Source: Antedon mediterranea | Lineage: Eukaryota; Animalia; Echinodermata | Direction of reading: 5' to 3' | Length of the DNA: 64,000 bases | NCBI RefSeq assembly: GCF_964355755.1 | Contig: NC_092673.1 | Location: 22,317,648 to 22,381,647 of the forward strand | In this document: positions 36,501 through 49,639 of the stretch, piece by piece | How the letters are laid out: every line of letters begins with the position of its first letter | How positions within the stretch are numbered: position 1 is the stretch's first letter | The notes under the pieces: generated by a model | Databases searched by the model: none | The model's input: only the letters and a program-made list of their open reading frames with translations | What the model was told of the DNA's origin: nothing | Translations under genes and position numbers: made by a program

Positions 36501-39500
36501 TCAACTTTACTATAGATTTATAAAGTGGGCTTGTGATCCTATTTGTGAAGCTTGAAGCATATTAACATGCCTAGATTAGCTGGATAAACCAGCATAGGCC
36601 TTTTTCCCTCTGAGGGAGAGCATAATGTATGAGTTTACCCTGTGAAATAAATTGAAGGAGGCAGATGAGAAGTGTAAACATGCATTTACACAATGTATAT
36701 TAGTGCCAACATTTATGGTGCGCCACCACCAAAGACAAATATGTAACATGTTCATTTTGGTATGAACCAGCTTTAATTTGTAAATTAGTCTTTTGAATTG
36801 ATTTATATAGCTTAATGAAGTCTGAAAGATCTGACACTTCAAGTAAATTGATATTTACGTGTGCTTTGAGTGAAGAACAGGTGAGGAAACAGCAACAAAG
36901 ATCAAAACAACAAAAACTCTTACCCACAAAACCAAAGTAAGTATTTTGCCTGTTTTTAGGATTAGTTTGTGTTGAATAACACATGTTTTAGTAAACTTAT
37001 GTTCAATAAAACTACCACAAGTAACAAATTTCTGTTGATTTTCGTTTTAGTATAAAAAATCTTTTATCCATATTCAAAATTTTTTTTTTGTCAATAATAA
37101 CAGTAAATACATTATTATTACACAATTTAGTATTTTTAGTCTTATTTTAATAATTTTAGACCAGAGAACAAGATTCAAACTCACACTAATCTGAAGACAG
37201 CGTTGAAGAAAGGAAGAGATGGACCCCCTAGAAAAGTGGAATTTGCTGGAATTGAAGAAATAATTCATGATGATAGACGATCAGAAAACAAACGTCCTGA
37301 GTCAAAAAGTCAAAGTATTGCTGTACAGGTGAAAGCATAGACATATTTTGAAGTATTTAGAAACACTCATTGTGATACTGTATACCTAATACTACTGAAA
37401 ATGAAAAGATCTAGATCATCAAACTAGAACTATCACCACAGCGGACAATTGTAAACATTAATTTAGTACTCACGAACAGACTTTACTTGCGTAACGTTTA
37501 CCATTTCACTAAAAATAAATCTTTTTGTTTATAACTAAGTTTTCAATATGTCAATATCCAACTAATATACCTATAAAAGAGGCTGTAGATATTAACTACT
37601 AAGTGTGTTTGAGACATCTTAAATATCTTTATTCCTTTTAAATGTAAATTTGAAATGAACATATTTTTCAGTACTGCTTTTTATTTACATTTAAATTTTT
37701 GTTTTGTTTATTTGAACATATTAGGCAATTCTACCAAGAAAAAAGACATCATCTGAATCTGATTCTTCAATTACCCCGATTGGTAGCCCTCCTTCCATAC
37801 CAGGTCGCCAGCCTGTTGGAGTGTTTCATGAACAGAACCACCAATCACCAGTCACTACATGGGATCCAGAGTCTGCAGCCCATTTTCATAAAGGAGGGCC
37901 TAAACCTCAAGCAAACCCTATGCATAATATTCAGTCCTGGCAAGGTAGCAACAGCCCTGGAGGCAACAACAATGCGGGTCCCTATCAGAACTTATCGGGA
38001 CCGCAATTACCGCAAGGACAATATCAAAATCAACGATATAGACATCCTCAACCACATATGCAAGATCAAGGGATGGGACCGTACGGAATGCCAAGTAGCC
38101 CTGGTGGTGGTTGGTCGTCTCCTCAACGTAGTCCCTCTCAAACTAATCCACCAAGACCTAATTACCCTGGAGGTCAGCAACCTTCAGGTTATCCCCAATT
38201 ACCTCAGGGATCAAGTAATAAAATGAAAGAAAATATTCCTGGCATGTTGCCAGCAAACTGGAATAAAGGAATGCCATGGCAAGGAGATCAAAACCATGGC
38301 AACATTCAACAACGACAACCTAATCAGTGGCCGAATGACAGCCGTCAGCCTTATCAACAGGCTTCTAAGATGGAATGGAAATGTTACCAGCAAAATCCTC
38401 AAGGCATTCATTCTCAACCCATGTCTCCCCAAGAGATGTACAACCATCGACCACCACCATTTCATCGTCCTGGTGAGAGTTCCACCCAACTGAATTCACC
38501 CACCACTGCAAAACCTAATATGCACACACGCTCTATGAACAATCCCAACTGCGGACCACCACCATCTCACACTGGGCAATACCCACTCCGAGCCAGACAG
38601 TCTTCTCCACACAGTCCGCAGCAGTCTATGCAGAATCAAGGTGGTATCATCAACCATCCAAGAGCAGGTACACCTACCAAATCACCACAGAGCATGGATG
38701 GCTTTATCTTCCCAACTGCTGCAGAAATCAATTCTATGAGACATTTTAATCCGGTTAGCATGGACGTGCATCCAAATCAGCCTGCCAGTCTCGACCAGCT
38801 GAACAGCCATAATTCAAGGATGCCGCCTTCAAACGTGCCCAACAATTCGGCAACCATGCAAGCGTTGACGGAGGAAGTTATCATGAGTATGAATGAACTT
38901 TTGTTAAACGCTATCGATCAGGAGGTTAATTTTCGCGACGATAGAGCACCATTTCAGCAACCGGTTGGTAATACCTATGGATATAATTATCATATGAATA
39001 ACGATGGCCAGCAAAAAATGGCACCCAAGCTTGTAGTAAGTTACTGAATTGAATAATAAATTAATAACAGTTTACAGTACAGTATAAATTAGACCCATGT
39101 TTTATGTAGTGTTTGTTTGGATAATTTGTAATATTTGTTGGCGAAATGCGTTCTTTGGCACGCATCTCAATGATGGGGCATCCATAACATAAATATAACA
39201 GTACACAACTTTAAATTCCAACCATTTTTAATCTGCCATAAGGTATTACTATACAACTAAATGCCTTTTTTTTTTATATTCCCTTTATTCTTCAGACCCC
39301 TGATGATAGCATGCCTTCATCTAGACAAACTCCTAGTCCAGCAATCAACCAAAGACTAGCAATCAACTTCCCAGGCCGTGATAATATACCCACCAGCAAT
39401 AGAGGGCATGATTACAACAATGTTGGCGGAGGCGGAAAACCGGGGTGAGTTGCAATTGGCTTTAATAGTGCAGATATTTTGTTTTATATCAATCACATCA

Positions 39501-42500
39501 ATCAGTCAAATCAGAATTCCATGGTAGGTTATAACAAGACAATCAAAACACTTGGAACTAAAACTATAAATTTGTACTATTAATAATAATAGGGAGGTTT
39601 CGCAATCTTACGAATACGATAACGAAAACGGATACGTCACGCACACGTATTCATTTTTCGTAAGCCAGTAAAAATCTGTTTCGCATGGCAACGAAATATT
39701 GAGGGCGCCTTCCAAAATATGACTGCTGTAAATGTGAGGGAAGCGCAGGTACGTGTTGCTTGGTGCTTGGCTGCCTAGGCCTAGCGTAACATCAAAGCGA
39801 GTGAAGACTTTAAAAATTGCTATTTATCAAAATTTACCTGGCATTTTAGTAAATTACTTTAGTAAATTACTTTCAATAAAAGTATAATTATATTATAATC
39901 ATGAATCATTCCTGATTCAAATGCAAAATGTGCAAAATAGATCAAAAACTATACTCGTTTTGTAGTTACGAAAATGACTGGTGATATTCGTCAACACGAA
40001 TACGCTTTACGAATATGAAATGGAGATCAGCTCAAAAGTTTCACAAAAGTGTGACGTATCTGTTTTCGTTATCGTATTCGTAAGGTTGCGAAACCTCCCT
40101 ATATAATTGTCTCTTTATTTGAGACAAAAGCTTGTTTCTAAATTTAGAACTATGAACTATTTCAATGTTATTTCATTTGTTAGGTGATCATTTTTAGAAT
40201 AAAATGATCACCTATTGTTATTGTATAAAATCTTTATTATTCTTCTTTCTGTACACTTTTTGTTCGTCAAATATCTCAAAAAGTTGAATAGCAATGATCA
40301 CAAAAATTTTACAATGTCTTTCAAATACTTTAACTTAGCCATAATAAGCTTTTCAGCGTGATCACTGACCCGTGACGTCACGTATACGCGATTTTGTGAA
40401 ATCACATTATCAATCATATATCCATAATTCATTATCACATATTTATGAAATTCACTACACGTAAACTTCAGGTCAAGGTAAAAATATTAGCAAATAAAAA
40501 CGCACGCGCACGTATAGACATGCGCGTGAAATCGCGCGTTAAAAATTTAAAAGGCTCAAAATTAAGTTTTGATCAATTTAGAGCATGAATTAGGCCATTT
40601 GCGTGTTTCAAAAAATTACTGCGCAAAAACACGTTTTTGCGCGCGCGATACTTAAAAAGCGTAAAAATACGATTTTTTTGTAGAAATCGCATTCTACTCA
40701 CCATCCTTAGTACATTCACCAAATTTGAGTCAGTTCCGACTTAAAATAACGCTATACGAGCACGTTAAAAATGACAAAATGCGCACATTTATTTCACAAA
40801 AGTTCTGAAAATGGTGAAAAATATGTCTTTTTTAAAATGAAAATAACTCTTCAGAATGCACGATGACACCTAAGTTTTTTAACTTATTCGTGAAGCCATT
40901 GAGTTGTAGATATAAATGTATATACACATTAGACGTAAAAAATGGTATTACGTCATCATATGGCCACTTGAATTTAACAATTAGGATTTTTTTCCGTTTT
41001 GTTTAGGTTATCACATTCAATAGAGCGCATCTCCGCTATTTGACCTCGATTTTCGCACAAATTTCAGTGTGTGCTTGCTTAATTATTTATCTTTCTCATA
41101 AGTTGTCAGTGTTGTCATTTTGATGACGTCATCACGCGTAAAAACTTGAATAACGTAGGTCGTGTAATTTCACCTTCGCCGTAAATTTGAATATCTTACA
41201 GCTCTTCAGAATTGAAGGTTACCTTGACGATTATAATTTATTATGAAAGCTGATGAAATGTAGATATGAATTCATATAAAAACCAAGCGTATCAGATGTT
41301 GTGACGTTAACATATGGCCAGATGAAGTTAAAAAGTAGTTTTTTCATCTTTTTTGTCAAAGTTATACAAATTTCAAAGAGCGCGCACAGCGCTTCTACGT
41401 GCCAGATTCTCTTCCAATTCTTATATTTATTTGCTCAATTTATTATCTTTCGAAATTGTCATCTTTGAGTTTATTTTGATAATTCCATCATACCAAAAAA
41501 TTAGAACATGATGTGTGTCCCGTAATTTCACCTATGCTACACTGTGTATAGATATACAGTATATACTGTACATATTGTATATGGCATATAATAGGCACAA
41601 CTCAGCGATATAAGATTATGCATCATGTCATAGGATGGCGTACATCAACTTTTTACGATCGTATGTTAACGTACATGCATGTTTAAAAAATGTTAATTTC
41701 ATTAAAATGATAACAATGATCACCTATAATTCGTCAAAGTGACGAATTAAATTCTAGTTTTTTTTTAAACATTGTGTATGTTTCTTGTTTTATAGAAAAT
41801 AATAATAATATACTTACAGCAGAGTTGTTGGAAGTATAAAAATGTCTCATAGGATTCATACTTGATTGACTGTTAAAATCAAAGCAGCCATTAATATACA
41901 ATGTACAAAAGCGTATTTTCAAATTTAAAATTCATAAAAAATTTTCATTTTTTATTCATAACAGAATGTTTTCCCACCTAATTGTACTGTAGCGTAGTGA
42001 TTATATTTTTTTTATCAATGTTTAAAATAGGAACGATTTTGTATGCTTTGTTGTACTATATTGATAATTGTTTGAAAGTCTACAAAAATGACATTTAATC
42101 AACAAGAAAAATAAAATATCAGCCTGTTTTTAGTTGATGAAGAAATACTGATTATGGCCTGTGTCGTGAAGTGGGCTTCTAACAATTTACCCTATCTTAC
42201 AAACATTGTTATAAATAATTTTTACTCGGGGTAACCGAGTCTAGGACTTCCTCATCTTCTCCTCTTCTTCTTCTTCCTCCTCCTCTTCTTCCTCTTCCAT
42301 CTGGACACTTTCAAGTCCTACTAGTTCTTTACGCGTCGTCTGACGGCTCTGAAACATGGCATGTGCATAGGGTAATAAGTGAACAAAGCTATAGAGAGAA
42401 AATGTTCATACTTCAATCGGATGCAGAATTACGACGTCATAAATATGGTACCAATAAAAAAAAAGTGTGATTTATAAAGTACTATTCCACCCTTCGTTGT

Positions 42501-45500
42501 AGTATTGAGCTGGGATTTGGCATGGGTATACTACAGGGACATGTCCTTAAAGCTATAGAGCCGGATTTTTTAATTTCAAACCGGATGCAGCCATATGACA
42601 TTTTGAAGATGGTACCTTTTATTTATTTTTGTCGTAATATAGCCGTGTTTGGTGTCGTTTCAAAGGTCTTGATTGGAGAATAAGAATATACACAGTAAAA
42701 CCTATTTATGATATTGTTACCGTCACTTCTGCTCCCGGAAATAGCAAAAAAATCACTTTGAGATTTCATAATTTACCGTAACTATGCCATTTCCGGTTAT
42801 GTGACGTAACTTTTCGGAATATAGCCGTATTTGGTAGCGAGGTTATTGATGTGTATGTGACGTTACATCCCATCTTATGACGTCATTACAGCTTCTTCTG
42901 CTGTACCCCGTGTATCGCACATTCATGCTTGTTTGACCAATAAATGACATGGCGGTATATATCTTGCTATTTATTCTATTAAACACTCTATTTGAAACAC
43001 CTTACACATTCAAGTTCTTATTTCTATATACATTGAAATGCACAACAACAAGGCACTTAGGTAACTCCTAAAAAATATGAAACATTTATTTGATTAATCA
43101 CCTTATACATTTATAACTTAAGTGCTACTCAATAAAAAGAAATCATGATTTGGTTGTGATACTTTAGAATGGTCTAAGTACACAGGCAAGCGTTATCCAT
43201 GACAAATAACCTGGTGAGAAAGTTCACATCAAGCGTAAGCAGAGATTAAGTTTAGGACATGAGCAATTAGCCTGTCGTTAACACCGCATCAAGTAAATTG
43301 TTCACAACGCTGTTATCAATTATCATTGTTTCACCACATAAAATCCAATTACGGTTGATGTACGTCCAAATAATGTATTCTACTATTGTACACTATCCGG
43401 GTGATAGAATTGCTGTTTTTATGGTAAAAAGAGACAAAATATGTAATTAGACGGTGTAAGGTATCACTTAATGCTGTCTATGTACTTTCAGGTCTGATTT
43501 ACACTGTAATGGCTCTCAAACTCTCTGGTGTATACAAATTATGTGATTAATTATATTATTAGTCTCTATTTTTTTAATTTGTAAATATTTAAGAATTTTT
43601 AATAGTTAATTTTATCTTTTGACCTTTGTGCAATTTTTATAGTAATTTTAAGTTTAATGAATTGTACAGAAATTATTACTGCATCATAGGCCTTAATGTG
43701 TTTTTTCATCGTTTAACTTTGTTTTATGTGAATTATCATTTTCATATGTAAGCTCTTCATTTCAACTATGAGTTGTATTTTGAGTCTTTTTATACCAATT
43801 AAATAAAAAAGAAAAATAATTAAATAAATTAAAAAAACAGTTTCAACTTAAACTTAAATTTAAAGTCATGCAATTTTAAATGTCTTTATTGAATTTATAA
43901 AAACACTGATAGTTTAATGTATTTGGTATATGAGTGGGTACAGTAGATACTATTGTTATTGTTTTAGTTAGTGTTTCCGAAATGTATATATTGTTTTAAT
44001 TCTTAAAGAAAAATTACGGAACCAAAATGCTGTGAATTAAAATGTCTCAAATTTAAAATGATATAAATATTTTTGCCTTTATATTTATATCTGTATTTAA
44101 AAGATCTTGTGTAAGAAATTGTTTTTTTCTTTATATTATTTTATATTGTTAGAAATTTTTATGATATTAACTGAATGATTTATTAGTCAACATCACTTTA
44201 TGAAATTCATTTTATGAGATGACAATAAAAAAATTGAAATTTAATCATTATTACTTGTAACAAGATAGGGTAAAAAAGATGCGAATGATCACTAACAGAT
44301 CCACAAAACACATATTGGATCCTCTTGGGTTATCTGAAATAGATCATTAATCTGTTTAATTACATGAAAGTAAAGGATGAGATAAAAGGTATTTGAAAAT
44401 CAAATATAGCAATTAAACTAGATAATTTAAGCAAGTGTTATAGGTTATTATACTTTCAATAATATTTGGTATTTTGTAACACATCAATTTTACATTTTTT
44501 TAAAAATATAATTTTGCCTAATAAAAACATTCAAGCATTTGCCTGTTAATTCATTCAGCCTCCCCTTGTCACAGAATTTCAAATTTATTTATTTCACTTA
44601 TTATGACATGCTATTAAACCAGTGACTTATCCAGGATTTTGTAAATCTAAGTTCTTAACTAATGTCCTATCTTTTGCATTGTAATTTTCGATTTAGAGAG
44701 CCCTGGACCAGCTGGTTCCGTTATCGTCTACTGTAGGTAGTCCAAATTTGATGTAATTTGGTATTATTATTCAATAAAAGATCCTTCTAAAGCTCTGTCT
44801 ATCTATCAAACTTTATGTGACAAAAACATCTGATGTGCCCATATATGGACATGATGATGTCATATCACTACCATATTTAGGCATATCACTACCATATTTA
44901 GGCATATCACTATCATCACACTTTCTTTTAGTTTGATAGTGAGCTTTACACACTAAAGAGCTTAAATGAAACACCACTTGTCATTATAAAATCTAAAATT
45001 AAATCGATTGAACCATTATCTAAACACTGGTCACAATGTTGCCTTTTAGAAGTACTGTATTAATACATTTTTTGTTTTCTTTATAATTAATTTTAAATAT
45101 TATTTATTATAATATTTTCTAGATTTTTCGATGAGAACGTACGATTAACTGGAGGTTACAGACTCTTCACTCCATCCCCTTGGACAGCTGGTCAGGGTGA
45201 TAGTAAGTGTTTGATAATAATAATTGTCATCTTTATTCATCCTTTCATTAGTGCTTGGCTACTTCAATATTCTGGTAGTATATATACCATTTATTATTAT
45301 AAAACTTCCACACATTCAAAATATTACAAATCATGACAAAATACCAATAACTAAAATAAATAATATATCTATATATAAATCCATATAATAAACTTGCACT
45401 GATGAAGGGCTAGTGTTGACCGAAAGCTCTTATTTTATCGTTTTTATTCAGCTTTTTGCTTATTTTATTTTGTATCTCCATTGAGATCGCTATAATTTGA

Positions 45501-48500
45501 ATAATTTGTGTAGCTTTTATGGAACGTGTGTTGCATCAAATTGACATCATTGTTAATGACAATTAGTGTGATATTTCCTATTCTAAACCTAAACATTGCC
45601 ATTGTTCGTAATTTGACAATAAAACGATTGTCCAGTTATTATCCTAATTCCGATAAAACTAGATTAGTTAAATGTATTCGTAAATATAAATGTATTTTGC
45701 ATTAGCCTAAATTGAGTGAATTCATATTTGAAGACTTTAGGTGCCAAACAACATGCTCCAGTTTGTTGAGTAGAACATTATTAAACAAACTATATTAGAA
45801 TAAACAAAACTGCTTATAAAAACAAATGATGCTTGACAAAGTTTGGAACCAGGCAATTACATTGTATAAAAAGTACAAGCACAAATATCAGTGTTTTCGC
45901 ATATTTCATCGTTGGCTTTATTATGTGTTGACCTACATATGTATTTATCCCTGAGGGATCCACCCACCTCTGGCTGTGTACGATTATTGTTTGGTTTATT
46001 ATTCAAAAACGGGTAGTAGTTAGAATTTTAATGTCCTGAGGTAAAACACATATTGATGTTTGTTGGAAGGTCAAGTGCGTTATGCTCACAAGGGTAATCA
46101 TAATGTAGGTTGTTAATTCTTGATTATTCATGGCAAGACATGCTTCACAAGCAAAACATCATCTATTCACTGACAATATAAAATCCCTATTCATATTTGA
46201 AACTATACATACTTGCAATCAATCTATATATTTCAACAGAAATTTAAATGCTAATAAATGCATTAAAAAATCTAGAGTAGCAGGTCGCGTCTGTTGGGTA
46301 TGCTTAGTATACAATATATTAGTAGTGTTATATTAAATATGCATGATAACAAGTTTGCTAATGTACCTTAGTCACTCGCACACAATTCAATTGATGTAAT
46401 TATACTGTCATTAATGTTATTGGTAGCATTGCCACTTGTGAACTAACGCTTGATTCTTTTAACCCGTCCTCATTCTTTAACCTCAAACCTTGTTAGTCAG
46501 CAGCAATATTTATTATTTAATTGTTCTGAAAGTTAGGTGGAGGTTTGGTTTTAGGAATTATAAATGATTTATATTTATATTTCAAAGTGTAAATTTTTCC
46601 ACCTACTTAATTTTAGAAAGTGATACAAGGATTTTAACAATGATTAAAATGCAAATGAATTTTGTAGATGACTATAAAAAAGCTTTAAAAACTTTTTAAA
46701 ATGCATTATCAAATTTAAAAGTCGAAATATTTAAAAAAAAATATTGAGTAAACTTAAACTGAACTTGTTTATTTTGTATTTATTCAGTCACTTTTATTGG
46801 CAAAGTAAAATAAAAACAAGCATAAATTAATATCAAGTTTAACTCGCATACTATAGATTTAGAAATGCGTATACAATTTTAAAGAAAATTGCTATACTAC
46901 TTTTCCATTCGTATTTTAGAATTGTGTTTCGTATGTATGTAATATAGCACTATTTTTCCTTTGTGCTATTTTAATATAGAGCTGGGGTAAATAGTGTTTG
47001 GCTATCAAATAAAGCTGTTATTTGATATTCATTTAATCAACACAATGAAGAAATGTGCACCGATTTTTACAACACAACAAACTCCCTCAAGTAAAACAAC
47101 CCACATAAAGGGGACGATGATAGTAAATCCATTAGTCAAGTAGTCCGCGGTATCAGACACATGAGAATGCTGTGTGGTATTACTATCATGATGACATATT
47201 AATTTCAATGTTATTTAGAAGCTGGGGGACTTTTGTAGCAAAATCTAGACATTTAAATGTCATTACATTTTTATTGATGTCCATTTAAAGTACTTGTATG
47301 CACTAGTTTTTATGAAAGCTGTCTTTGTTGGAAAGGGTCCGTATTTATTTTAATGCGTAATGTGTACCCAGGGATGGATTGAACCAAGATGGCCAGTACA
47401 GTCTCCCAATTCACCTCCTTTCTTTCACCCATTCCTTTCTAGGCCAACTCCACAAACCTTGTTTATGATCAGTAATATAATCCGTGTTTACAGCTATTTG
47501 TGTTTTATTTGATTCCTAACACTTAAATGGTACAGCCTAAAATTATATTTCTAAAGCATGTCATTAAAATGATAAACATTTTACACTAAAAATAAAACAA
47601 CATATTTGATATATATTTACAAAATAGTGGCAATTGTAACATTTTGTCATTTATTTGTTCGGTTTTCAATGCCATGTAGCGCTTTTATTTTGTGTATTGT
47701 GTAAAGTGGAACCCCTATTTAAAGGAGACACCTTTTGGACCCAACGAAGTGTCCCTTAAAGCCCGATGCACACTAGAGCTTTCAGCTGAGCCAACTGGCA
47801 CGAGTAACACTTGGCTCACTAAAAAAATTGCCGCAAACTATGTTCACGTTCTATCGGACGCACACGATTTTCTGATTGGATAATTACTTACTACGCTATA
47901 CAGCACGCGCTGAAATATCATAATAAATCAGAACTTGTCATGCGCAGTGGAATTTTTGAGTGAGCAGGAAGCTCACGTTCGGCGCACACTTGAGGAAAAT
48001 GGCACGCGTGCCAAAAAATATTAAACACGATAGATATTTTCCTCAGCGGAACGCGTGGCCGATTCCTCACGAAATCCCCGGCGCACACTGTGAGGCAAGT
48101 GTTACTCGTGGCAGTTGGCTCAGCCGGAAGCTCTAGTGTGCGCCGGGCTTAACACTTGAATTGGGTTTGCCTTAGTGGAAAAACATATATTGCCACTTGT
48201 TTGTTTCACAGGAAAGTATCCCCTTAATAGCAGTGTCCCTGAATAAACGTGTGCCATTTGAGAGGTTATACTATTATAGTTGATAGATTTTACCCTCTGA
48301 GAGAACAATCTTAATAGAATATAAACAATTAACATTATATAAAAGCCTATTGTGTTTTTATTTGTTTAAATTTATAATAATTTTCTTTTGTTATTAGATC
48401 TTGGTTTGCCATCTTCACCGTTTGTTAGCCAACCAACAAGTCCGAATGCTACACCACGATCTCAGTCACCCATTCACCAAGGAACCTTAGGCCTAGGAGA

Positions 48501-49639
48501 AAATCTACCAGGCATAGGTCTCAATTGGCGTGATGAAAGATCCAACGTCTGGGGCCCTTCGCATCAACTATCTAGCTCCCCTACAAGTAGCTTACTACCA
48601 GAGAGGATTCAGGTGAGATACCAAGTATTGCTGTCAATAGAAACCTTTTCACAAATATGTGTGTACTTCATCAATTGTTACTACTTAACATTATTTATTA
48701 AACAAATACAACAAAATAAGCAATTATCAAAATTCATTAAACTGGAATATATAACTTACTGTTGAAATTACTATTACGTCTTATTCGAGAAGCATAGGCC
48801 TGCTATGCTACAAATTAATTTGGTTAGATTATGCACTTTTTTCTACATGAAGAATCTTGACTGAAAACCTGGGAAGGTAGCCATATATTACAAATTGATA
48901 TTTCTCCATAAAAGAGGGTTATAAATGGTGCTGTAGTGTGAATGTGCAATCCCACTAAAATAGGATTAGCATGCACACAGTTACAAATAGTTTAAATTGT
49001 ATATTCTTAGAGTTTTTAGAATAAGTGGATATAATAATTCCTGGGTAATTTACAGTTGAATGTGCATTGATATAATACAATTGGTGGCAAATACACCGCC
49101 AGTGATTTCAAGTCATGTCATCAAACCACCACCTGTGTCATGCACTTTATCTATTTGTCCATAGAGGCCTATGATAAAAATGTCTTAATACTCGAGCATC
49201 GGTATATTATATGTCTTAATAATCTCATATTGTTTTAATGCTCATTTATTTTTTTTTACTGACTTCTTGTATAGTAGAACGGGAGAAACATGTTTAAAAA
49301 CTATGCATGACACAATCTAAAGACGACTCGTTTTGTCTGGATTCAACTCAGATAGCACCGACTAGTCAAGAAGTTTTGTCGGGCTTTGTTGTACGATGAT
49401 GTCTGAGTTGGCCTTTAGCTGCTTTTTTAAAATTGAATATGCCATGAATGTACATATTGACAAAATTGTATATTTAAAAAAAAAATAGTAATTGTAGATT
49501 ATAGATACAATGTTGTCATTTGTTTATTTTTTCTATATAGTCAATTTGGTCGAGCCCAATTGGTTCTTCATCAGAGCCGTCACCATTAGAGATGTTGCTA
49601 CGGCAACAACAACAGAAACAACATCATCACGACACGTGA
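27576..49639 (+). CDS. SMG7: SMG7 nonsense-mediated decay factor (EST1/14-3-3-like N-terminus, Pro/Gln-rich C-terminus), 18 coding exons, ~1196 aa
   Basis: Exons: 27576-27598 (MSCAQLLR), 28194-28225, 29398-29567 (LEFALDKKVEQDLWNHVFKNQI), 30138-30209, 30730-30901 (CQYCLVHLGDL), 31189-31411 (QAESYYRHAAKLVPSSGQPYNQLA), 32351-32445, 33017-33271, 35040-35193 (LPAVKVFLDWL), 35543-35674, 36316-36429, 36811-36936, 37160-37328, 37725-39035, 39296-39444, 45123-45202 (YRLFTPSPW), 48398-48612, 49541-49639 (SIWSS...SPLEMLLRQQQQKQ). GT-AG and phase-consistent, 3591 nt; no PIN domain, so not SMG5/6. Confidence 0.94.
29848..30066 (-). mobile_element. 5'-truncated RTE-clade LINE 3' end
   Basis: Minus translation RWTLLMTSW...RNRGRQRVR*RDEIDKYWG.MQWQGAARDRSLWQKHAKAFVQQ followed by a (TGA)n tail. 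Confidence 0.85.
31804..32055. mobile_element. Tc1/mariner-like MITE (CAGTA...TACTG, TA TSD) with internal 27-bp tandem x3
   Basis: TA|CAGTAAA...ATCTACTG|TA; (GTGTCCCCTTTAGGGGTATCCCCTGAG)x3; relatives at 19093, ~47700-48270, 52003-52173 and ~62811-62950. Confidence 0.7.
32101..32279. mobile_element. PIF/Harbinger-type MITE
   Basis: TIR AGCGTGGTTCCCACT / AGTGGGAACCAAGCT; TTA TSD on both sides; palindromic body. Confidence 0.85.
33555..34219. mobile_element. PIF/Harbinger-type MITE, 665 bp
   Basis: TIR AGCCTGTTTTCCTGTC.ACGTTAAGTTAC mirrored at the right end; TAA TSD. Confidence 0.88.
34236..34642. mobile_element. PIF/Harbinger-type MITE (inverted sister copy at 47760-48149)
   Basis: ~50-bp TIR AGCCCGGCGCACACTAGAGCTT.CGGCTGAGCCAACTGGCACGAGTAACACTTG; TAA TSD. 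Confidence 0.9.
34643..34729. repeat. 18-bp tandem (CCCTTAAATAGAGGTTGA)x4-5, right end of a Tc1-like MITE
   Basis: Direct periodicity. Confidence 0.85.
34855..35015 (-). ncRNA. Penelope/retrozyme-like repeat containing a minimal type I hammerhead ribozyme motif (copy A)
   Basis: Minus strand: GCA-CUGAUGA-AGGACUAGUGUUGCCU-GAAA-GC-UC-UGC. Confidence 0.65.
36099..36178 (+). tRNA. tRNA-like sequence (Asp-like, anticodon ATC) with T5 terminator; likely pseudogene or SINE head
   Basis: D arm GTCT..GGAC, anticodon stem TCTGC/GCAGA with loop ATATCAA, T arm TCGAG-TTCGAAT-CTCGG, acceptor GCCCCAG/TTGGGGGC with one extra nt, then ACTTTTT. Confidence 0.55.
39591..40100. mobile_element. MITE with ~50-bp TIRs
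   Basis: AGGGAGGTTTCGCAATCTTACGAATACGATAACGAAAAC... mirrored by ...GTTTTCGTTATCGTATTCGTAAGGTTGCGAAACCTCCCT. Confidence 0.88.
40180..41757 (+). mobile_element. DINE-1/HINE-like non-autonomous Helentron
   Basis: 5' subTIR TAGGTGATCATT with a nearby inverted copy; 3' subTIR AATGATCACCTA followed by the hairpin TAATTCGTCA-AAG-TGACGAATTA, then CTAG and a T-run. Confidence 0.8.
42221..42975 (+). mobile_element. Second HINE/Helentron-like element
   Basis: T-run, 5' TACTCGGGGTA / 3' TACCCCGTGTA subTIRs, (CTT/CCT)n microsatellite near the 5' end, repeated TGGCATG internal blocks. Confidence 0.65.
44791..44962. mobile_element. MITE, same family as 8897-9056
   Basis: AGCTCTGTCTA...CTATCAAACTTTATGTGACAAAA; CATATCACTACCATATTT repeats; TAA on both flanks. 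Confidence 0.8.
45392..45490 (+). ncRNA. Hammerhead-motif repeat, copy B (sense to the SMG7 pre-mRNA)
   Basis: TTGCA-CTGATGA-AGGGCTAGTGTTGACC-GAAA-GCTC; downstream TTTTGCTTATTTTATTTGTATCTCCATTGAGAT shared with copies A and C. Confidence 0.55.
47760..48149. mobile_element. PIF/Harbinger MITE (inverted relative to 34236-34642) nested in a Tc1-like MITE (~47700-48270)
   Basis: Same TIRs, TAA TSD; body is the reverse complement of 34236-34642; host reads GTGTCCCTTAA|... Confidence 0.9.

Noticed and set aside
44697-44736. Possible extra SMG7 micro-exon
   Set aside because: The best acceptor gives an in-frame stop and the donor is weak; the model is complete without it. A poison exon cannot be excluded without RNA data.
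45900-46310. Third HINE-like remnant
   Set aside because: Too degenerate to define termini by eye.
47372-47512. Pro-rich exon-like stretch GWIEPRWPVQSPNSPPFF
   Set aside because: Phase incompatible with the upstream exon, poor acceptor and no clear donor.
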